Shown here in pieces: positions 14,470 through 29,351 of a stretch of DNA of 64,000 nucleotides. Made by a program: the position numbers and the translations under genes. The notes beneath the pieces were generated by a model, which was not told where the DNA came from, searched no databases, and was given only the letters and a program-made list of their open reading frames with translations. How positions within the stretch are numbered: the first letter of the stretch is position 1; the number at the start of each line of letters is the position of its first letter. The stretch spans positions 4,216,001 to 4,280,000 of the forward strand of contig NC_087246.1 of NCBI RefSeq assembly GCF_037042905.1, given 5' to 3'. The DNA comes from Lytechinus pictus (lineage: Eukaryota).

Positions 14470-16771
14470 TTAAATGTAATTTAAATCAATTCATGATTTG
14501 ATTACATTCTATTCAATCGCTCTTTATTTTGTTTTATAGGGGATGGGTAAACTTGGTCTTCAATAGTTGGGTACAGCATTAAGGTCCCCAAAGCACGTTC
14601 AGAAAGGGGAATATAACCGAAAATAAGAATGCAATTTACACCTTCCCTTGTATTTTGATTTCTGTTTTCTTAGATCTACTTTCTTGATATAAGATCATGC
14701 AAAGAAAAAAACAATGAGACTATTCTTATCCCCTTTTATCATCATGTTACTTATTTTTTATGGCAATTCGTTCATTTTATTTTTTAATGAAAATTTTAGA
14801 CATTTTTCATTATGACATGTAAATGACATGAACGTCATTGTTTGATATGTTGAAACTGTATTTATACAATCAATACGGTGTTATTAATACACAAGATAAG
14901 TAATAACATCTGTCAATATTACATTTTTCTATAACAACAACAACATGACAGACCATAGAGAGCAAAAATTGCAACGCAATTAGTTTTTTTTTCAATTTCT
15001 CCAAATATACGTCATTAGTATAATTTGCTTTATTTCAGAGGCCAAGGCTCAATATTTTGTACTTCATTGTAATTGTAAATGATTTTCATGTTGATTTGTA
15101 ATGTGCAAAAAAACAAAGTTCAATTCGATTCAGTAAAAATTGCAGTAGATAATACCTGAAGCATGGGTTCATACTTAAAAAAAATTGTTTAAGAAATTGG
15201 AAACTGTATCCATGTACCCTATAGTCGTACCTTATTTAAAAAAAATGTATTTAAAGAATTGATTTTGAATGATTCGAATTGAAATTCCATAACACCTTGA
15301 CACGGTGACAAGTTTGGTTTGATATACAATCGGTAAAACATAATTTGTTACTTTATATTTCGTTCAGGAGTGTTCCTTTCAACACTTTCATAAACATGTC
15401 ACAAAGTAAGGAAATCTGTTCTGTAAAATGGCGGATCTTTGAAGATGATTTGTGATATTCCTTTACGGTTTGTTGCAAATGAAAGCCTTGGTTATTGTAG
15501 ATCATCACACGGGTTGGAATACTCCTGCCTTTCTGACATGCTGATGGATATACGTTAAGGGTTAGGCGGTATATATGAGCTATTTAACCATGATTGTGAC
15601 ATTTCCGTAAGGATTTATTGTCTTTAGATATAGATTTAGTGTGCTCCGTTCAACCTAAGGCCTACTTTAACGAACAGGAGTTGATTAATTTGTAATCCAA
15701 TATGTACAGTGATATGATTCATGACTAAAGGGGCTAGATATTTCAATCGTATCTATTTGATTCCAAGTTGTTTTAGAATGACGTTGAAGCAAGGGACAAC
15801 ATTCCTACACTGTTTCACATTTTAAATGTTGAAATACCAAATGGTAACATGCAGGTTTATGACCAATTGTATTTATGAAACGATGATTCAAATTGGTTCA
15901 TGTTTAGTCTACGGACATATTCTTAGAAGAATTACCTTAATTGGTCATTCTATTTATGAAAAATCTACTTCTTATTGATTAGGATTATTCATAGAGATTA
16001 TACCTATCTTGCTTCAAATTTTCCATACACTTTGACCATTACACTTTTCCCTAATTCCTTATTCCTAATTTCCCTAATTAACAAAATATGAAAAAAAATA
16101 CTGCAATATGGTCATCTTGTAAATACAGTACCGCAAATGTTATCATGTGTATGATAACCGCGGCGTTCGTAACAGCATTCGTCCTAAACAGATTTCGATA
16201 TTTTATCACAAATTGTATAGTAGTTTTTGCTGAAGTCATTTCGGAGGGTAAATATTATACACATGATTTCAGTTCAAATTCGGCCAATTTCTTCCCCTTG
16301 TTTTTCAATGACTGAAATAATCTTTGTATACATCCTCCAGACCGGCGCCACGTCCACCTGTCATCAAGACCTTCCTAAGATCTGTATATAGCTCACCATT
16401 CACTAACCATGAAGGTAGACCTTTCATTAGGAGACCACAGTGGAGACGTTCCGGTGTCGGGGACTAGTCCCAGATGCTCCTAAGGTTCAACTGACATCTC
16501 AACTAAAGATGTCCTCGAACCGTCCGTTTGGAGGTGATAATGAGGATGAACTTTACCTGCTCAGGAGGTTGTGATGAAGGCAAGGGAAACAAGTTCTGAA
16601 CGTGAGGTCGAGGTAGAAACAAACCAAGGCTTATCTCATGCGGCTAGAGGAAGGTGTCTGTAATTATCCAACTCGTATAGATACCTACAATTAGACGCCG
16701 ACTTTATTTGTTCCAGATTCCCTTGTTTTGACAGGAAACAAGTTTGAGGAAGAAAATACCATTGGTTTTAT

Positions 16772-16810
16772 AATGATAACTAATGAGAGTAATGATAACT
16801 AATGAGAGTA
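16772..16810. repeat. 19-bp tandem duplication
   Basis: (AATGATAACTAATGAGAGT)x2. Confidence 0.85.
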
Positions 16811-17059
16811 AATCGTTTCACAGGCGAAAATCCTGTGGTGGTGTACGGGTTGGGGGTATATCCCCATCTTTTATTTATTATTATTATTTTTTTTTTTTTG
16901 GGGGGGGGGTGTCCTTTATAAATTCCCCCATTTGTCGAGAAAGAAATTACAATTTTTATTTCATGAAGCAGATGTTATTGATATTATAAACATATTCATT
17001 TAACTGATAATGATATCATTGTAGCATTACCAGCAGCTCTCCCTCATCTTTTCTTCTAT

Positions 17060-17217
17060 CTTTTTCCAAACGCGCATTGAGACCTTGGTAAGGTGTAGCG
17101 CGCTATATAAAAACTGTTTATTATTATAATTATTATTTTGTTTACTATTATTATCATTAATATTATTATTGTTAATATTGTTAATGTTGATATTATCATT
17201 ATTATTATTATTATTTT
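17060..17217 (+). mobile_element. L2-type LINE/SINE 3' tail remnant
   Basis: GCGCATTGAGACC..GCGCGCTATATAAAAACTG followed by degenerate (TAT)n. Confidence 0.5.
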
Positions 17218-17588
17218 GAACTCGGGAAAATTCTTCTCTGAAAGCCTAAAAACCTTAATATGGCTCTCAGGCTTAGTGCTCTCTCAATTCCATTTTAAAT
17301 CAATGATTTGAAGATAAATGTTTAAAACATCCTACGAAAAAACCGATCTTCAAGTTATTACGCATGGACTTCTTACAAAAATCAATGTTGCGTACACTGA
17401 ATAGTAAAATATTTGTTATTTTAATGAATCATATTTGAATTGTGCAATTTGACTGATTTGAAAAATTACGTGTTTATTTTAACCTGTAGCACGTTTCAAG
17501 TACACTTGAGTTAGGAGGAGGGAGAGGGGGGGGGGTGGGGAGAGAGTGGTTTTGTGAATAATGAGCTGTAACAAAGAGTTCCCTTATA

Positions 17589-18577
17589 CAGTGCGTATCA
17601 AAGAAAAGTTTACACTTTGAAAAAGCCCTCGGAATTAAAAAATATGCAACATGTGGGTAATTTTTCACATATAATCTTGGGTTTGGGTCTCATCTATCTA
17701 ATGCAAGTTAAAGTTTTGACAGAATGTTACACTTAACTGAGCACTGTCCATTTTTGTAAGGCTCGCAGAAATCTGTTTGCGCAGAAATGCTTGTTTTCAC
17801 GCTGTGTAAAGGGGAATGGGCGAAATCAAACTCACCCTGCGAAACATTTCTCATCCATTTCCCTTGCACTTATAGTCAATTGAAATTAAACGGATATATT
17901 CAAGCATTTTGTAACAATTTTGCCACCCAAATTGAAATTTCAACACTTAGTAAGCACAATTAACCTTCACCCTTTTTGTGCCAGCTGGATCTGAGGACAT
18001 AACTGAATCTGAACAAAAGTTTATATCAGACATCTCCAGGATATTTTCACTAAGTTTGTATCATTTAAAGTGGGTTTACATTTCATTTTTCATTTAATAC
18101 TTGTTTCTCCACACTTTTCCCAAGCTTGACAATGATTAACAAAATGAAAATGAAGCCTAAGCCATTTTATGTAAATCACATCTCAGTGTAAATCAAACAT
18201 CGTCACGATGGCCTCAGTGTGTGGGGAGTGGGGTGAGGCGCAATGCACTCTTCGAAGTGTTTTGGCCAAGGAAACAAGTTAAAAAAGGTAAATGATATCT
18301 TCAAATCAATTTTACTAGCTAAATTCCTCGTGTTCTTCATGATTAAGGTCTACTTTTATTCGCATAACTATTTCAGAGGTCTGCGCAAATAATTTTTTAC
18401 TAACTTTTCAAAAGTAAGTGGTGCTCATTCAAGCGGAAATATTTTTCGACAGTTATATCGTCATTTGCTTAAGTGGATCTGTACCAATGTTAAAATGTGG
18501 AAAAATCTTCAGAATATTACAAATATATAATTTTACAGGATTTTTTCTAAGTGTAAACTTTTTTTTGATACGCACTG
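17589..18577. mobile_element. 989-bp non-autonomous Tc1/mariner-type DNA transposon
   Basis: TA|CAGTGCGTATCAAAGAAAAGTTTACACTT ... AAGTGTAAACTTTTTTTTGATACGCACTG|TA, giving CAGT termini, a TA TSD and a ~35-bp TIR. No transposase ORF. Confidence 0.9.
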
Positions 18578-20070
18578 TATAGGCTCATTTTACTCTGTTT
18601 TTTTCACCTTTCTGAATTGCCATGAATGTCATCTTAAATAATAATTTAGATGCCCAATTTTTTCCCCTTTAAAAGATTAGGTAAACTAACACTAGGAAAG
18701 TTTCTTTGATTATTATGTTATTAAAAGTTTTAACACAGATGATTTTCAGTTGCAATCAAACTTTGTTTTATAAAAAAAAATATTGAACCATTATGATGTT
18801 AGATTCAGCTGTATCATTGTTTAAATGTAATGTTGATTTCATGAATTTTCAAGTGAATATTTCAGAGGCATATAGGACTACTACATGTGGCTCGAGAATG
18901 TAATCTCTCATTGTCCCATTAAAAGCATGTATTAACCTCGCTAAATGTAAGGAAGGGTCAATCTTTAAAATGTTTGAAATCATTGTCGGATTTAACACAT
19001 ATTAAACACAAGCATGTTGTGCGAAGGATCCAAAATAGATATTATTCAAAAATTTACAATTGAAATACATTCTCGTTATATAAAATACCGAGGAATGAGG
19101 CCACAATTTCGGGTTTTATCTTCGGATATACTTGTATCTTTTTGATATACAAAAATATTTGTATCTATGTTCTACTGACAGAAGAGACTAACTTTGATGA
19201 AGGGAAAATTTTAATTTTTATGAAGAACCAGTCAATAAGAACATGAGAAGTGTATAAACAGAAGTTCATTTAAGTAAGACTGGAATATTAATAGCAAATA
19301 ACTGCATTGAACAATTATCCAAGATTAAGAGAGGATTCAAAACGAAATTTAAGAAATCGCTTTGATTAAAAATACTAATGATTTATTTTAATGACCTTTA
19401 GTTATTACAAATTATCTTACTGTTAATGTATACGTTACAGCACCGTCCCTAAAATAACGAATGTATGTAATATGTATGTATATGAAAATCAAACTAATAA
19501 CAAAGAATCCTTAGCTAAATAACATAGCTCGCGCTAAGCAAGTTGTAATTCATTGATGAACAATCTTATTATTAAAAATCCAGATGAATGAATAAAGGTG
19601 GATCATTTGATTGTGATAACATCGTCTTCGTTTAATACTTTGAAGATAGAAGGAGAAATGCAATTCTGCCCGCTATCGACAACAGATGTAAAACCGAGAC
19701 TGGATTCAGCCGGTACGGTCACGTGATAAGCCAGGGGTCATCCAAGGTAAAAAGGGTTGACCCCGAAATGTCCGAACTCGAAATCAAAGGAATATTCAAG
19801 TAAAAGAAGGGTAAGCATTTGTATTGAATCTAAGTTTTACATGTGGTGTACACGTTAAATCAGTCTAAAAACATGTATTGGCAAAATACTGTTACACCAA
19901 TTCGCATAGATGAGCAATGGTGGACCTCATAAAATGATACATTAGTTATATTCCATCCGTTTAATTTATTCATAGTTGAAATTATGAAATTACCTGTCAG
20001 AAAACTGCCTGATACATTGACACTTTATGGAATTCACATACTAAAAGCTGTTTTCAAAACCAAAACTTAA

Positions 20071-20639
20071 AGGTCAAGTCCACCCCGGAAAACTATTGAT
20101 TTTAAAAAATAGAGAAGAATCATACTAGCATAACGCTGAAAATTTCATCAAAATCGGATGTAAAATAAGAAAATTATGACATTTTAAAGTTTTGCTTATT
20201 TTTCACAAAATAGTGATATGTACAACTCAGTGACATGCAAATGAGACAGTTGATAAAGTCCCTCGCTCACTATTTTTGTTTTTTATTGTTTGAATGATAC
20301 AAAATTTCATTTTTTACAGATTTCACAATAAGGACCAACTTGACTGAACCATATATGTTCAGGGAGGAATTAATCATTGTTTCACTTGACAATGAGGAGA
20401 AAATTAGAATATTTCATATAATAAAATACAAAAGAAATAGCGAGTGGATGATGTCATCAGTCTCCTCATTTGCATACCGAACAGGATGTGCATATAACTC
20501 TTTTGTGAAATGAAGCGAAACTTTAAAATGTCATAATTTTCTTATTTTACATCTGATTTTGATGAAATTTTCAATGTTATACTTGTTGGATTTTTCTTTT
20601 TTTATTCAAATCAACTTTTTGTTGGGGTGGTCTAGTCCT
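20071..20639. mobile_element. Kolobok-type non-autonomous DNA transposon, family A
   Basis: TTAA|AGGTCAAGTCCACCCC ... GGGGTGGTCTAGTCCT|TTAA, with long imperfect inverted arms. Highly similar to 46509-47100. TTAA TSD with RR..YY termini is the Kolobok signature. Confidence 0.85.
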
Positions 20640-21639
20640 TTAATTTTATCGTTTGATGGATATATTTTCTGCAATTCTTATATTGAAATTGAATAGACGT
20701 CTTGGTGGACGTTTCGAAAAGCTGTAATTAAACAATCGTTCAAATTTGAAACCAAGAAAAATAAGTTTATACGAGAGGAACTACAGTTCCTATATGCCAT
20801 AATGCCATATAGGACAACGTTAAGATGTGTGCGTGGGTGTGCTTTATGCTGTTAAGTGTAAAATGCGCGTGGATGTAAAACCATGTGCATTTGGGTGTTA
20901 CAGTCCTATGTTATACACTAGATATTTAGAGATGAGCCTATATAGTTATAAGAAAGTAATTCCTGTTCTGTTAATCTTCTGTTGATGAAAAAAAATAATT
21001 TGTGTGTGAGAGGGAGAGAGAGATTGATAAAGGGAGAAATGTTTGTGTGTATATGTCTCTCGCTTAGTGTAAATACGTGGATGATCATTAAGAATGGATA
21101 TCCAAACTATGGCAATCAATTTTACAGTTTAATGATTAGATAATTAGGAGAGAGAATTATTCATCGTATAATTAAATGGGATATACACTTTGTCGTCATG
21201 TTAGGTTTTATAAATCAGGTAATGAAGATTTATCGAAAACAAATTATTATGAACAACAGAAATGTAACTCCCCAAATGTTAATTTGGTAAAGTTGTATGC
21301 GAACAGTTCCCCTATTTGCCAAACGCATAAAATGCCAATTATTTTGTCTGTGCATTCATTTTATCAGAATATTATTGTATACATACTTCAACAATCATGA
21401 ACCGAAAAAGGGGAAATTTATGGAATTTATATTACAAGATATTACACGACCCAGAGCCCAATTCTATTTCATGTAGGCAATGTTATTTTCATTAATGGAT
21501 TAATGTTTGTTTGCTTTATTTCTTTATAATAATTGTACAGTACATATATAAAATATTTTTGTAAATACAATAATTTAAATATATAACATTAACAACATAG
21601 TCTTGATAAATAATGAATACAAATCGATGTTATGGGCCA

Positions 21640-22000
21640 AATCAATCTTAGCATTAATTTGATTTTCTTTGAAAGAGGATAAATCAAAAGATATCTCTAA
21701 AAATTTCATAAGAATCGGATGTAAAAAAGTTATGACGTTTCCAAATTTTGCTTAATTTCACAAAAATGTTCTATGTAAATCCTGGTTGGTATCCGCATGA
21801 TAGAATCTCTCAGGTCACCACTCACTATTTCTTTGGTAGGTCATATTTACGTATATGAAATATTTGATTTTTTTACTCACTTTAATGTGAAACAAGGTTC
21901 GATTTTCGCCTGTAAATGTAGGATTCTCATTGGAAGCTGTTGTGATTCATAAAGACGCTTCTTTATTGCCAAATTTGAAAAAATGAAATATTCTATATTT
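21640..22000. mobile_element. Truncated degenerate family-A-like element
   Basis: AAAATTTCATAAGAATCGGATGTAAAAAAGTTATGAC..TTTTGCTTAATTTCACAAAA..CACTCACTATTTCTTT matches the left arm of 20071/46509. Ends not resolved. Confidence 0.5.
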
Positions 22001-23599
22001 CGTGTAGTAGGTCCAAGTTCAAAGTTACGTGATGTTAACAACCAAAATACCCCCCCAAAACGAAGAAATGAAATTTCGTAAATGAATGAAACAGGTCGAC
22101 GACTTCAGTATGAAGTATGAAGGGCACTGGTCAGTGAGCTATACAGCTGCTCTCACTCCTTGTTTTATTGGCGTGAGAAAGGGCATTTTGATGGACACTT
22201 AACCTTGCCTTCAAGATTCGTAAGGAATACAAGAGGCGACAGTTTAGGCCTATATGCTCCAATTGGCGCTTGTGCGATATATATACAGAATAACCTGTCT
22301 ATTCCAAATATATTCATATGTTTTTTAAGTCTGATTTCAAAATGTCTACATGGCTCTCAGAATTGTGTATAGTATTCCATCATTCTAATATTTATCATCT
22401 TAGACATGTTAGTTCATATAAAGTATTAACATGTGCATTGTTGAAATATCTTTTAATTTTCATTAATGGACATCAATTAAGCTCAGTTGAATTTTAAAAG
22501 TCTTAATGAGTAAGAGTATTACGGAAGAAGTAAATTTAAAAAATGTCTAACAAAACTAAATATGATTTTTTAATCATGTGTGTACTTTAGGGAGATAAAA
22601 TGCTAAAAAGCAAGATGCAAACAGAGGCATTATATCCATGTAGCATATTTATTGGATTTAACAAGCGTACATAGCTGCTGATATTAGTAAATAATTACAT
22701 GTGTATGAGCGGAGGCCTGTATCATGCACCAAATATCAATTGCAAAACTACCAATCAACGAATACATTAATGACAAATTTAATGTGATCAGTATAGGCCC
22801 GATTAAAAGAAGCGAAAATACGAGTGCTCAGACGGAGAACGGATGGTGTTAGATAGCCAGTAAACTTTAGTTTCTTAATTTTTTGTCATTCTTTCTCTTT
22901 CGGTTTTTCCCTAATGAGTTCTGAAAATAATGATAACTTTTCACTACTTTACTTTTACATATACACAACCCTTCATACAACACCAATAACAGATCAAAAT
23001 GTATGTGAACTATTTCAATCAGTATGTTCATTAAAAAAAAACCTATGACTGTCACTCATTTACCTTCTACCTTAAATATTGAACTTTTCATAATATCATT
23101 CAAATTGAATATGAAATGACGATATATATACAAACCTTTCAATGGTTCATATAAAAAGCTTGGCACCTTCCACGTACTCTCCGCCATCAACGTCTGTGCC
23201 CTCTCAAATGATGAGGGTGTCAAACCTCGCACAGCATATGGAGCAAAGTGGTGACGTAAAAATGTTCCCAGATAGACAATTATTGAAAATTGATAAATTG
23301 GACGTCAACCCTGGGTCATGAAAACAAGAATAAGCTTCATTATTTCAATTTTATGACAATTTTACTGATTTTTATTATATTGTATTGTATAGATGTACTC
23401 TACATCAAAAGAATGCGCGAAATCAAGAGAAGATATTGATATATTTATGGAACAGCAGCCAGGGGGATTTCAACTGAGAATGCTAATAGGAATTCAAGAT
23501 GGCGATCATAATTTTAAGAGCTTTTTTTTTAAATACATAGAGAGCGTGAATCAATACATCCCATTATCCATTTATACGACAACCCACTAATTAATCCTT

Positions 23600-23792
23600 A
23601 CAGACACACACCCTCACACACATGTACCTTTATATTCTCCCACACCCTCAGACACACACCTACGAGCGCGCACACACAACACACTTATCTTGTCATACGA
23701 ACACCCTCACACTTACACACAAACACCCACCCCCACACACTCACCCTCACAAATCATTATACACATACACACACACCCGTATCCCACACACT
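23600..23792. repeat. Degenerate (CA)n-rich tract
   Basis: Interrupted CACAC runs. Confidence 0.7.
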
Positions 23793-26497
23793 TTTTGTAG
23801 AATATGAAAATGTAAAAATATTACATCGGTAGATATGCACTTTGCTTCTGTTGAGTGAAAACTGTCACACACATTTACTTATGGCATGGAATAGGCATAT
23901 AATTTTTTCATACATAACACCATCATGTCACACACGCCTTGTATTCATGTATCATTCGTATATAAATGACTGACTTTGCAGAATATATAATTTAAAGTAT
24001 CAATTAATACCAATACGGCAATTACAAAGTCGATCTTGATATTTTTTTGGGATTGAGTCAAGTCAATTATCTCATTTTGGATAGTACGAATACTCTTTCA
24101 ATTAGTTGATATGTTACGAGCCCCTAGGCTGAAGGGCATACCGTTGGTAGAAATATATCAGATTAAAGACTTATTAGTTATGTATTTAAAAAACATAGGG
24201 ATATATCATGAACTTAAGGATGATGCTTGGACTCCATTTCCGGAAATGTATAAAAAGAACTTTATTAATTGAAAGAACTTTCCACAGGTAACAATTAGCT
24301 TGATATATTGTCCACACAATTTTCAGGAATGATTTAAAGCATTCACCTTCATAATTAAAAAAAAATATTTCTGCCTAAGCAACAATGTCCAAACTGTTTC
24401 ATAAAGAACAGACCAAAAGCGAACTTGGACCTAGTGACATTCAAGTTTAGAAGGAAAAAATACGCAGAAGTACAAACAAAAGCATAAATTATAGCCAGGT
24501 CTATATCTTTCATTCTCGATATATGTTTGTGGGTACGAGGTCTCTATAGAAGGCTCAAGAGATCTGGTCTTAGGGGACCCATTAGGTGAGCTTTGGGCAC
24601 CTCAACATCCCCTGACGTACACCTGTCGAAATCTAGCTTTGATTTGTTGTGGCATCACCTCACGCCGACACCGACAAACAAGATGGCGTACCTATGAGAT
24701 GGAGAAGATGGAGAAATGTGGAAACAAATTATAACTTGGGGGGCAATGGTTATAGAAGTTCAAAGCATATTATGAATAGGAATGAACACACTTGTGTTCA
24801 TTAACACACAAATTAAGACACCCCCATACCATGGACCCTACAACTCCTAGCTACTTCAAATGCGAACTGTATACCAGATTCCTAAAGGAAACATCCAAAT
24901 TCGTTTGAGATCTATAGTTTTTATCGACACCAAAAGTTACCTTTATTTTTTATCCGTATCAAACTAATGTAGAAGAGAAAAGGGAAGAGCTGGTAGATAA
25001 AAAGGGATAGACAGACATATTTGGTAAGAGAGAAAAAAAGAGAAGTGGAATATGCATTAACATGGAAATAATGAAATTTGAATACGGCAATGAATGAAAC
25101 CAAATATAAACAAAATATACCATGACAAAAGATTGGATCTTTTCACAACCACTTGTTAAATGTTTAAAGAAAGTCATTACCAGACTGTGATAGCCAACAA
25201 TCACTTCGAAACTATTACTCTGTTGACAACCAGAATTTCGGAAAACATCTTCTTCCTTCTTGATGTAACTTTAATGGATATTTCTGTGTCTTATCACTTA
25301 GGAGGTGAAAACAGAGGTCTACAACGTGACAAATTGGAGTTGGTTGGTCCAGCCTGTAGCACTTGGTGTTGCTGACAGATATAGTGCACTTATGAGGTAT
25401 GACAAGGTAGAGTAGCATTGAAGAGTAGTCCTTGCCATGGAAAGGCAATCACGCCAGTTTTCACCCATAAGGATTCAAACTTTCCAAAATCATTCTTGAA
25501 AATCAATTGCTGGTGCAAAACATCACCCTTTAAACTATTATAATCCTTAGCAATCATAATCTCACAATAGCTACCTTTAAATATTCTCGGCAGTTTTTGA
25601 TCATCAAGCTCTGGTCAATTTGCAAAGGATGCTAATGTCGAAAAAAGGGAAAATTGTCCAACTTCAATGAAGTCCTAAACCATTGTTCCGTGGTTTGTAT
25701 GATATCCTCGCGACACGATGGCAAATATCGTCAACGCACAATAAAAACACAGTCAGGCGAATACGCAAACATGCAACAACGCACATCTGGGGTAAAGTAA
25801 TCTACTCCAGATATGGGGAAAACTCTATTTAGATGGTGAACATCACACATATCGTGAATAGGTCCTACACATATGCCGAAGCTTTTAACGGCAAGATTTA
25901 CAATAAAATACCACCCAGGAATGGTCCCGGGAAATGGAAACTAATGAGCAAAAAGAAAAAAATAATAATCAAAACATCAGTCGATAGTAATGAGGAACAA
26001 AGAAAAATTGAGGTAATAACTTTGGAGAAACATTTTAGAGAAAATAGATAATTTTCGGATTTTTGAATAATAATTGGAGAGTAAACGTTTTCAAGTTAAG
26101 TTAAGCAAAGAATGCAAGTGATACAGACATGGTAACCTTAGCTGACCTATCGTTCTCATAAATGACATAAAATGTCAGATAGCGTGAATGTAACAAAAAC
26201 AACCAAATGGTAGTGGACAATTTTTCACGAGTATTGTGGTGGTTTCTACTTGAATTCCACGATTATCACCCTCTCAGGAATAAATGTCAAGTCTGTATAA
26301 TGAGCCTGCTTGAGACAAAAGACAGTTGGAAACACAGAGGATTCCTAGACCTGTCTTTTTCTTTACAAGGCCACCTAGAAATTAATGCATATGACGGCAG
26401 AAATGTGGACATTGCAAATGTAATGAGGGACAAAGATACGAACAGTTTCGACTAATTGCATTTTCCATTAAAAATAATACTAAAAATAATGCTCATA

Positions 26498-26662
26498 CAG
26501 GGTCACATTGCATAAAAATTGATAATAACTTTGCCATGCAAAGGAATCATGGAATCCTTGATTTTGATTGGCTGTTTAGCCATGTTACTATAGCTCCATG
26601 GTGGTAGTTACCATTGGTTGGCAAAGTTACCATAATAGTAACTTTTATTCAACGGGTCCCAG
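26498..26662. mobile_element. Degenerate short MITE related to 3895-4036
   Basis: Imperfect TIRs CAGGGTCACATTGCATAAAA ... TTTTATTCAACGGGTCCCAG, with an internal inverted TAACTTTGCCA/TGGCAAAGTTA. Confidence 0.55.
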
Positions 26663-28379
26663 GTCAACGGAAGATGAACATTCTTTAGTCGGTCAGCGTA
26701 GAATGTTGACCTATCTACCACAACACACCAGAAAGACAAATACGTTGGCGTGGTAAAATAACACATGGATATGCGTACATCACTCTGTAACCTGAAATGG
26801 CACATTTTAACAGATTTTAATGGATGATACCGTTCGTATCTTAATTATTAAAATACCCTTACCTTCTTCTTCTTAAAATAGGACGAAAAAGTGAGCTTAG
26901 TCTGATTGTCATGATTTAGGAGTTCCTGGTTGGCGAACGACAAGAAAAAACCCCGGCTGTTAACAAGTTGGTCAGTAACAGGTAAAAGATATAAAAGTTA
27001 AAGAACAACGAGATGTTGGACGTAACGTGTCGTTATTTGTGAGTAGTGTATGATTATACTAATCATGACATAATCACATATCACTTGTGTGAAAATGCCC
27101 TGGTTTAAATCTAGATGTTTCCCTCTGTAACTTGTTCCTGTCTTGTACAGACGATGAAAGTAAATTTTATCAGTCAGTGTCTGCAGATTATCATCAAATG
27201 TGAAGTTATTTATGGAATGGAAACCTGTTAACTGCTCATTAATCACATGAAAGAGATAAAGTAAATACAGAAAGGGTTTTATTTCAAAATAGTTCTTTCA
27301 TACATTTTAGTTATAAATAAATCTATCAATCTTAGTTCCATATCAGATCTTGACGTAGGGGGCAATCGTGAATCGTGTCTTCCTTTTATATTCTTACGGC
27401 GTTTGACAGACCCACGGGGAGATTCAGTGGCTTTCTCTACTATCTAGCCATCTGAAGAAACTGTTCTTGGACATTAAACTAAGTCAGTCAGTAATGCCAG
27501 AGAAATCTTAAATAGGGCCAGAGGTTGAACCATTGTCATGATTGTTAACACACGATGGTTCTACCTGATCAGAATGTTACAGATCTAGTGATCATTGATG
27601 ATATCACACCCTCGAAAGGTTCATAAAGACCCAATAGGAAAGCCTTATTCCTGTATTCTAGAACTGTTGACCTAAAATACCCAATCATCAAATAATGTCC
27701 TGAAACTGAAACGGTGCTTATGCAATAGCTCTGCAGGAGATTTGATGAAGTGCCAAGCTCCTTGTTCAGGCCAGATTGAGAGGGGAAATGTTCGCGTAAA
27801 GAGGTAGCTCCTGGAGCTAACCATTTTTAGTTTTATATCAATCAAAAATTGTGTCAAAGAAAACGCAATTCATAAGATGTCTGCAGTTGTCTGAGCAGGA
27901 CACACAGAAGTTGTCAATATCAATATGATCATTATGCATGCTTATCTACTCTTTATAATAATGGATGTTGTCCATGGTATAATATTCTGATTCACGAGTA
28001 CTCGATACTCGATCTCGTATTTCACCCTTTCCTTATGACATTCACATCCATCACCATACCAACGAAGGGGTGTGAAAATGCATTTCAAATAAAGAGCGGA
28101 ATGAAATCGACGATAAAAGTGCCAATAAAACGCATTTTATCTCCTGTTTTGTTTACAGGTCTCCCAAACATACATGCGTGTCAACAACACCAGGTTTAGA
28201 TTGGGTGTATGACTCTAATCACGATTATGTAAAATGGCGATTTCCCCAAAGGCTCCTTATCACCTCTTGAATTATCAAATATGATGATAAATGATATCAT
28301 TTTAGGTCTACTTGTTGATTGTTTTTTAAAGCTCCCCATTTGCACAACTGAAATGTGTCAGTCTATACTTACTAAGGCG

Positions 28380-29272
28380 CACATACCTTTCCTTGATAAA
28401 AGGACTGTATTTTGTCGCCTTTTGCAATATTTACGCTTTCATGCCATAGACTCTTCGACCCTTTACAATCAACTTACAGGACCCAATATCAGATCATAGT
28501 GTGGAAACCTTTTTTGTAGTCGTGTTAAATCACATCCTCCAAGGAATGGAGACAGAAAATACACCTGTACTATTTATACTCGTTCTGTCCTCCGATAAAT
28601 ATTGATTAAGTTCGTTCGATGTCAAAGGTTTAGCATTCAAATTTGACTCGTACCTTTCTTCCCATTTACAGAAGTTTGCATAAACGGTCGCAAATCAGTT
28701 GTTTTACTTCTAACAGTCTAACCCATGGCGTACCGCAGGGCTCTGTAGACGGACCCTCTCTTATTTCTATTTATTTCTATTTGATATATAGTGAAAATTT
28801 TTTAACTGAACAGGCTTATAATACCATGTTTTTCCAACGATATTCAACTCATGACTTCCAATCATTCCACCTAGTAATACAGCTATTCGTCAGCTCCAAT
28901 CATATCAAGCATGGCTAACGTTCACGACTAGGTGCAAACCTATTCTTTGACATTGAATTTGAATACATGTACAATCTAAATTATTTGTTTGCTGAACTGG
29001 CCCCTGGATTTATTCATGGATTGCCCTGAATTGTATACAATATTTATATATGCTAATCAATATCTAGTTCTGTTGTAATTCCAGAAGTTTAATAAATTAC
29101 CTTGCTCATGTATATCCCACCTTGTGAAATAGCGTTCCTGAACAAATCGACACCTTGAGTATTTAAAAAATCTTCTTAAAAAGCCTTTGATTTCATAACG
29201 TACTATGTTCTGTGAACACAGAGAGTTGGCGCTTTATTATTTTCATTTTATTATCATTTTTATAATTATTAC
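28380..29272 (+). mobile_element. Heavily decayed L2/CR1-group LINE (reverse transcriptase relic plus 3' tail)
   Basis: Frameshifted RT motifs in the expected order: QSTYR...HSVET (~28467-28509), FDVKGLAF..SYL (~28615-28660) and HGVPQGSVDGPSLISIY (~28724-28775; consensus GVPQGSVLGPLLFSIY). Ends with GGCGCT and a TAT-rich tail. Confidence 0.7.
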
Positions 29273-29351
29273 CCTCATTGAAAAGTGAACATGTTATACG
29301 TTCACATTGCTTAAATTGCATGCATTGTGTGTAGTCCTAGCTATGTACAAG

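Noticed and set aside
20067-20643. piggyBac assignment for the TTAA-flanked elements
   Set aside because: Termini are AGG..CCT (purine start), not the CC(C/T)..GG ends of piggyBac. Kolobok fits better.
26581-26600. CATGTTACTATAGCTCCATG as a scar-family member
   Set aside because: Flanks GTTTAGC and GTGGTAG do not match, and it lies inside another MITE with its own CCATGG motif.
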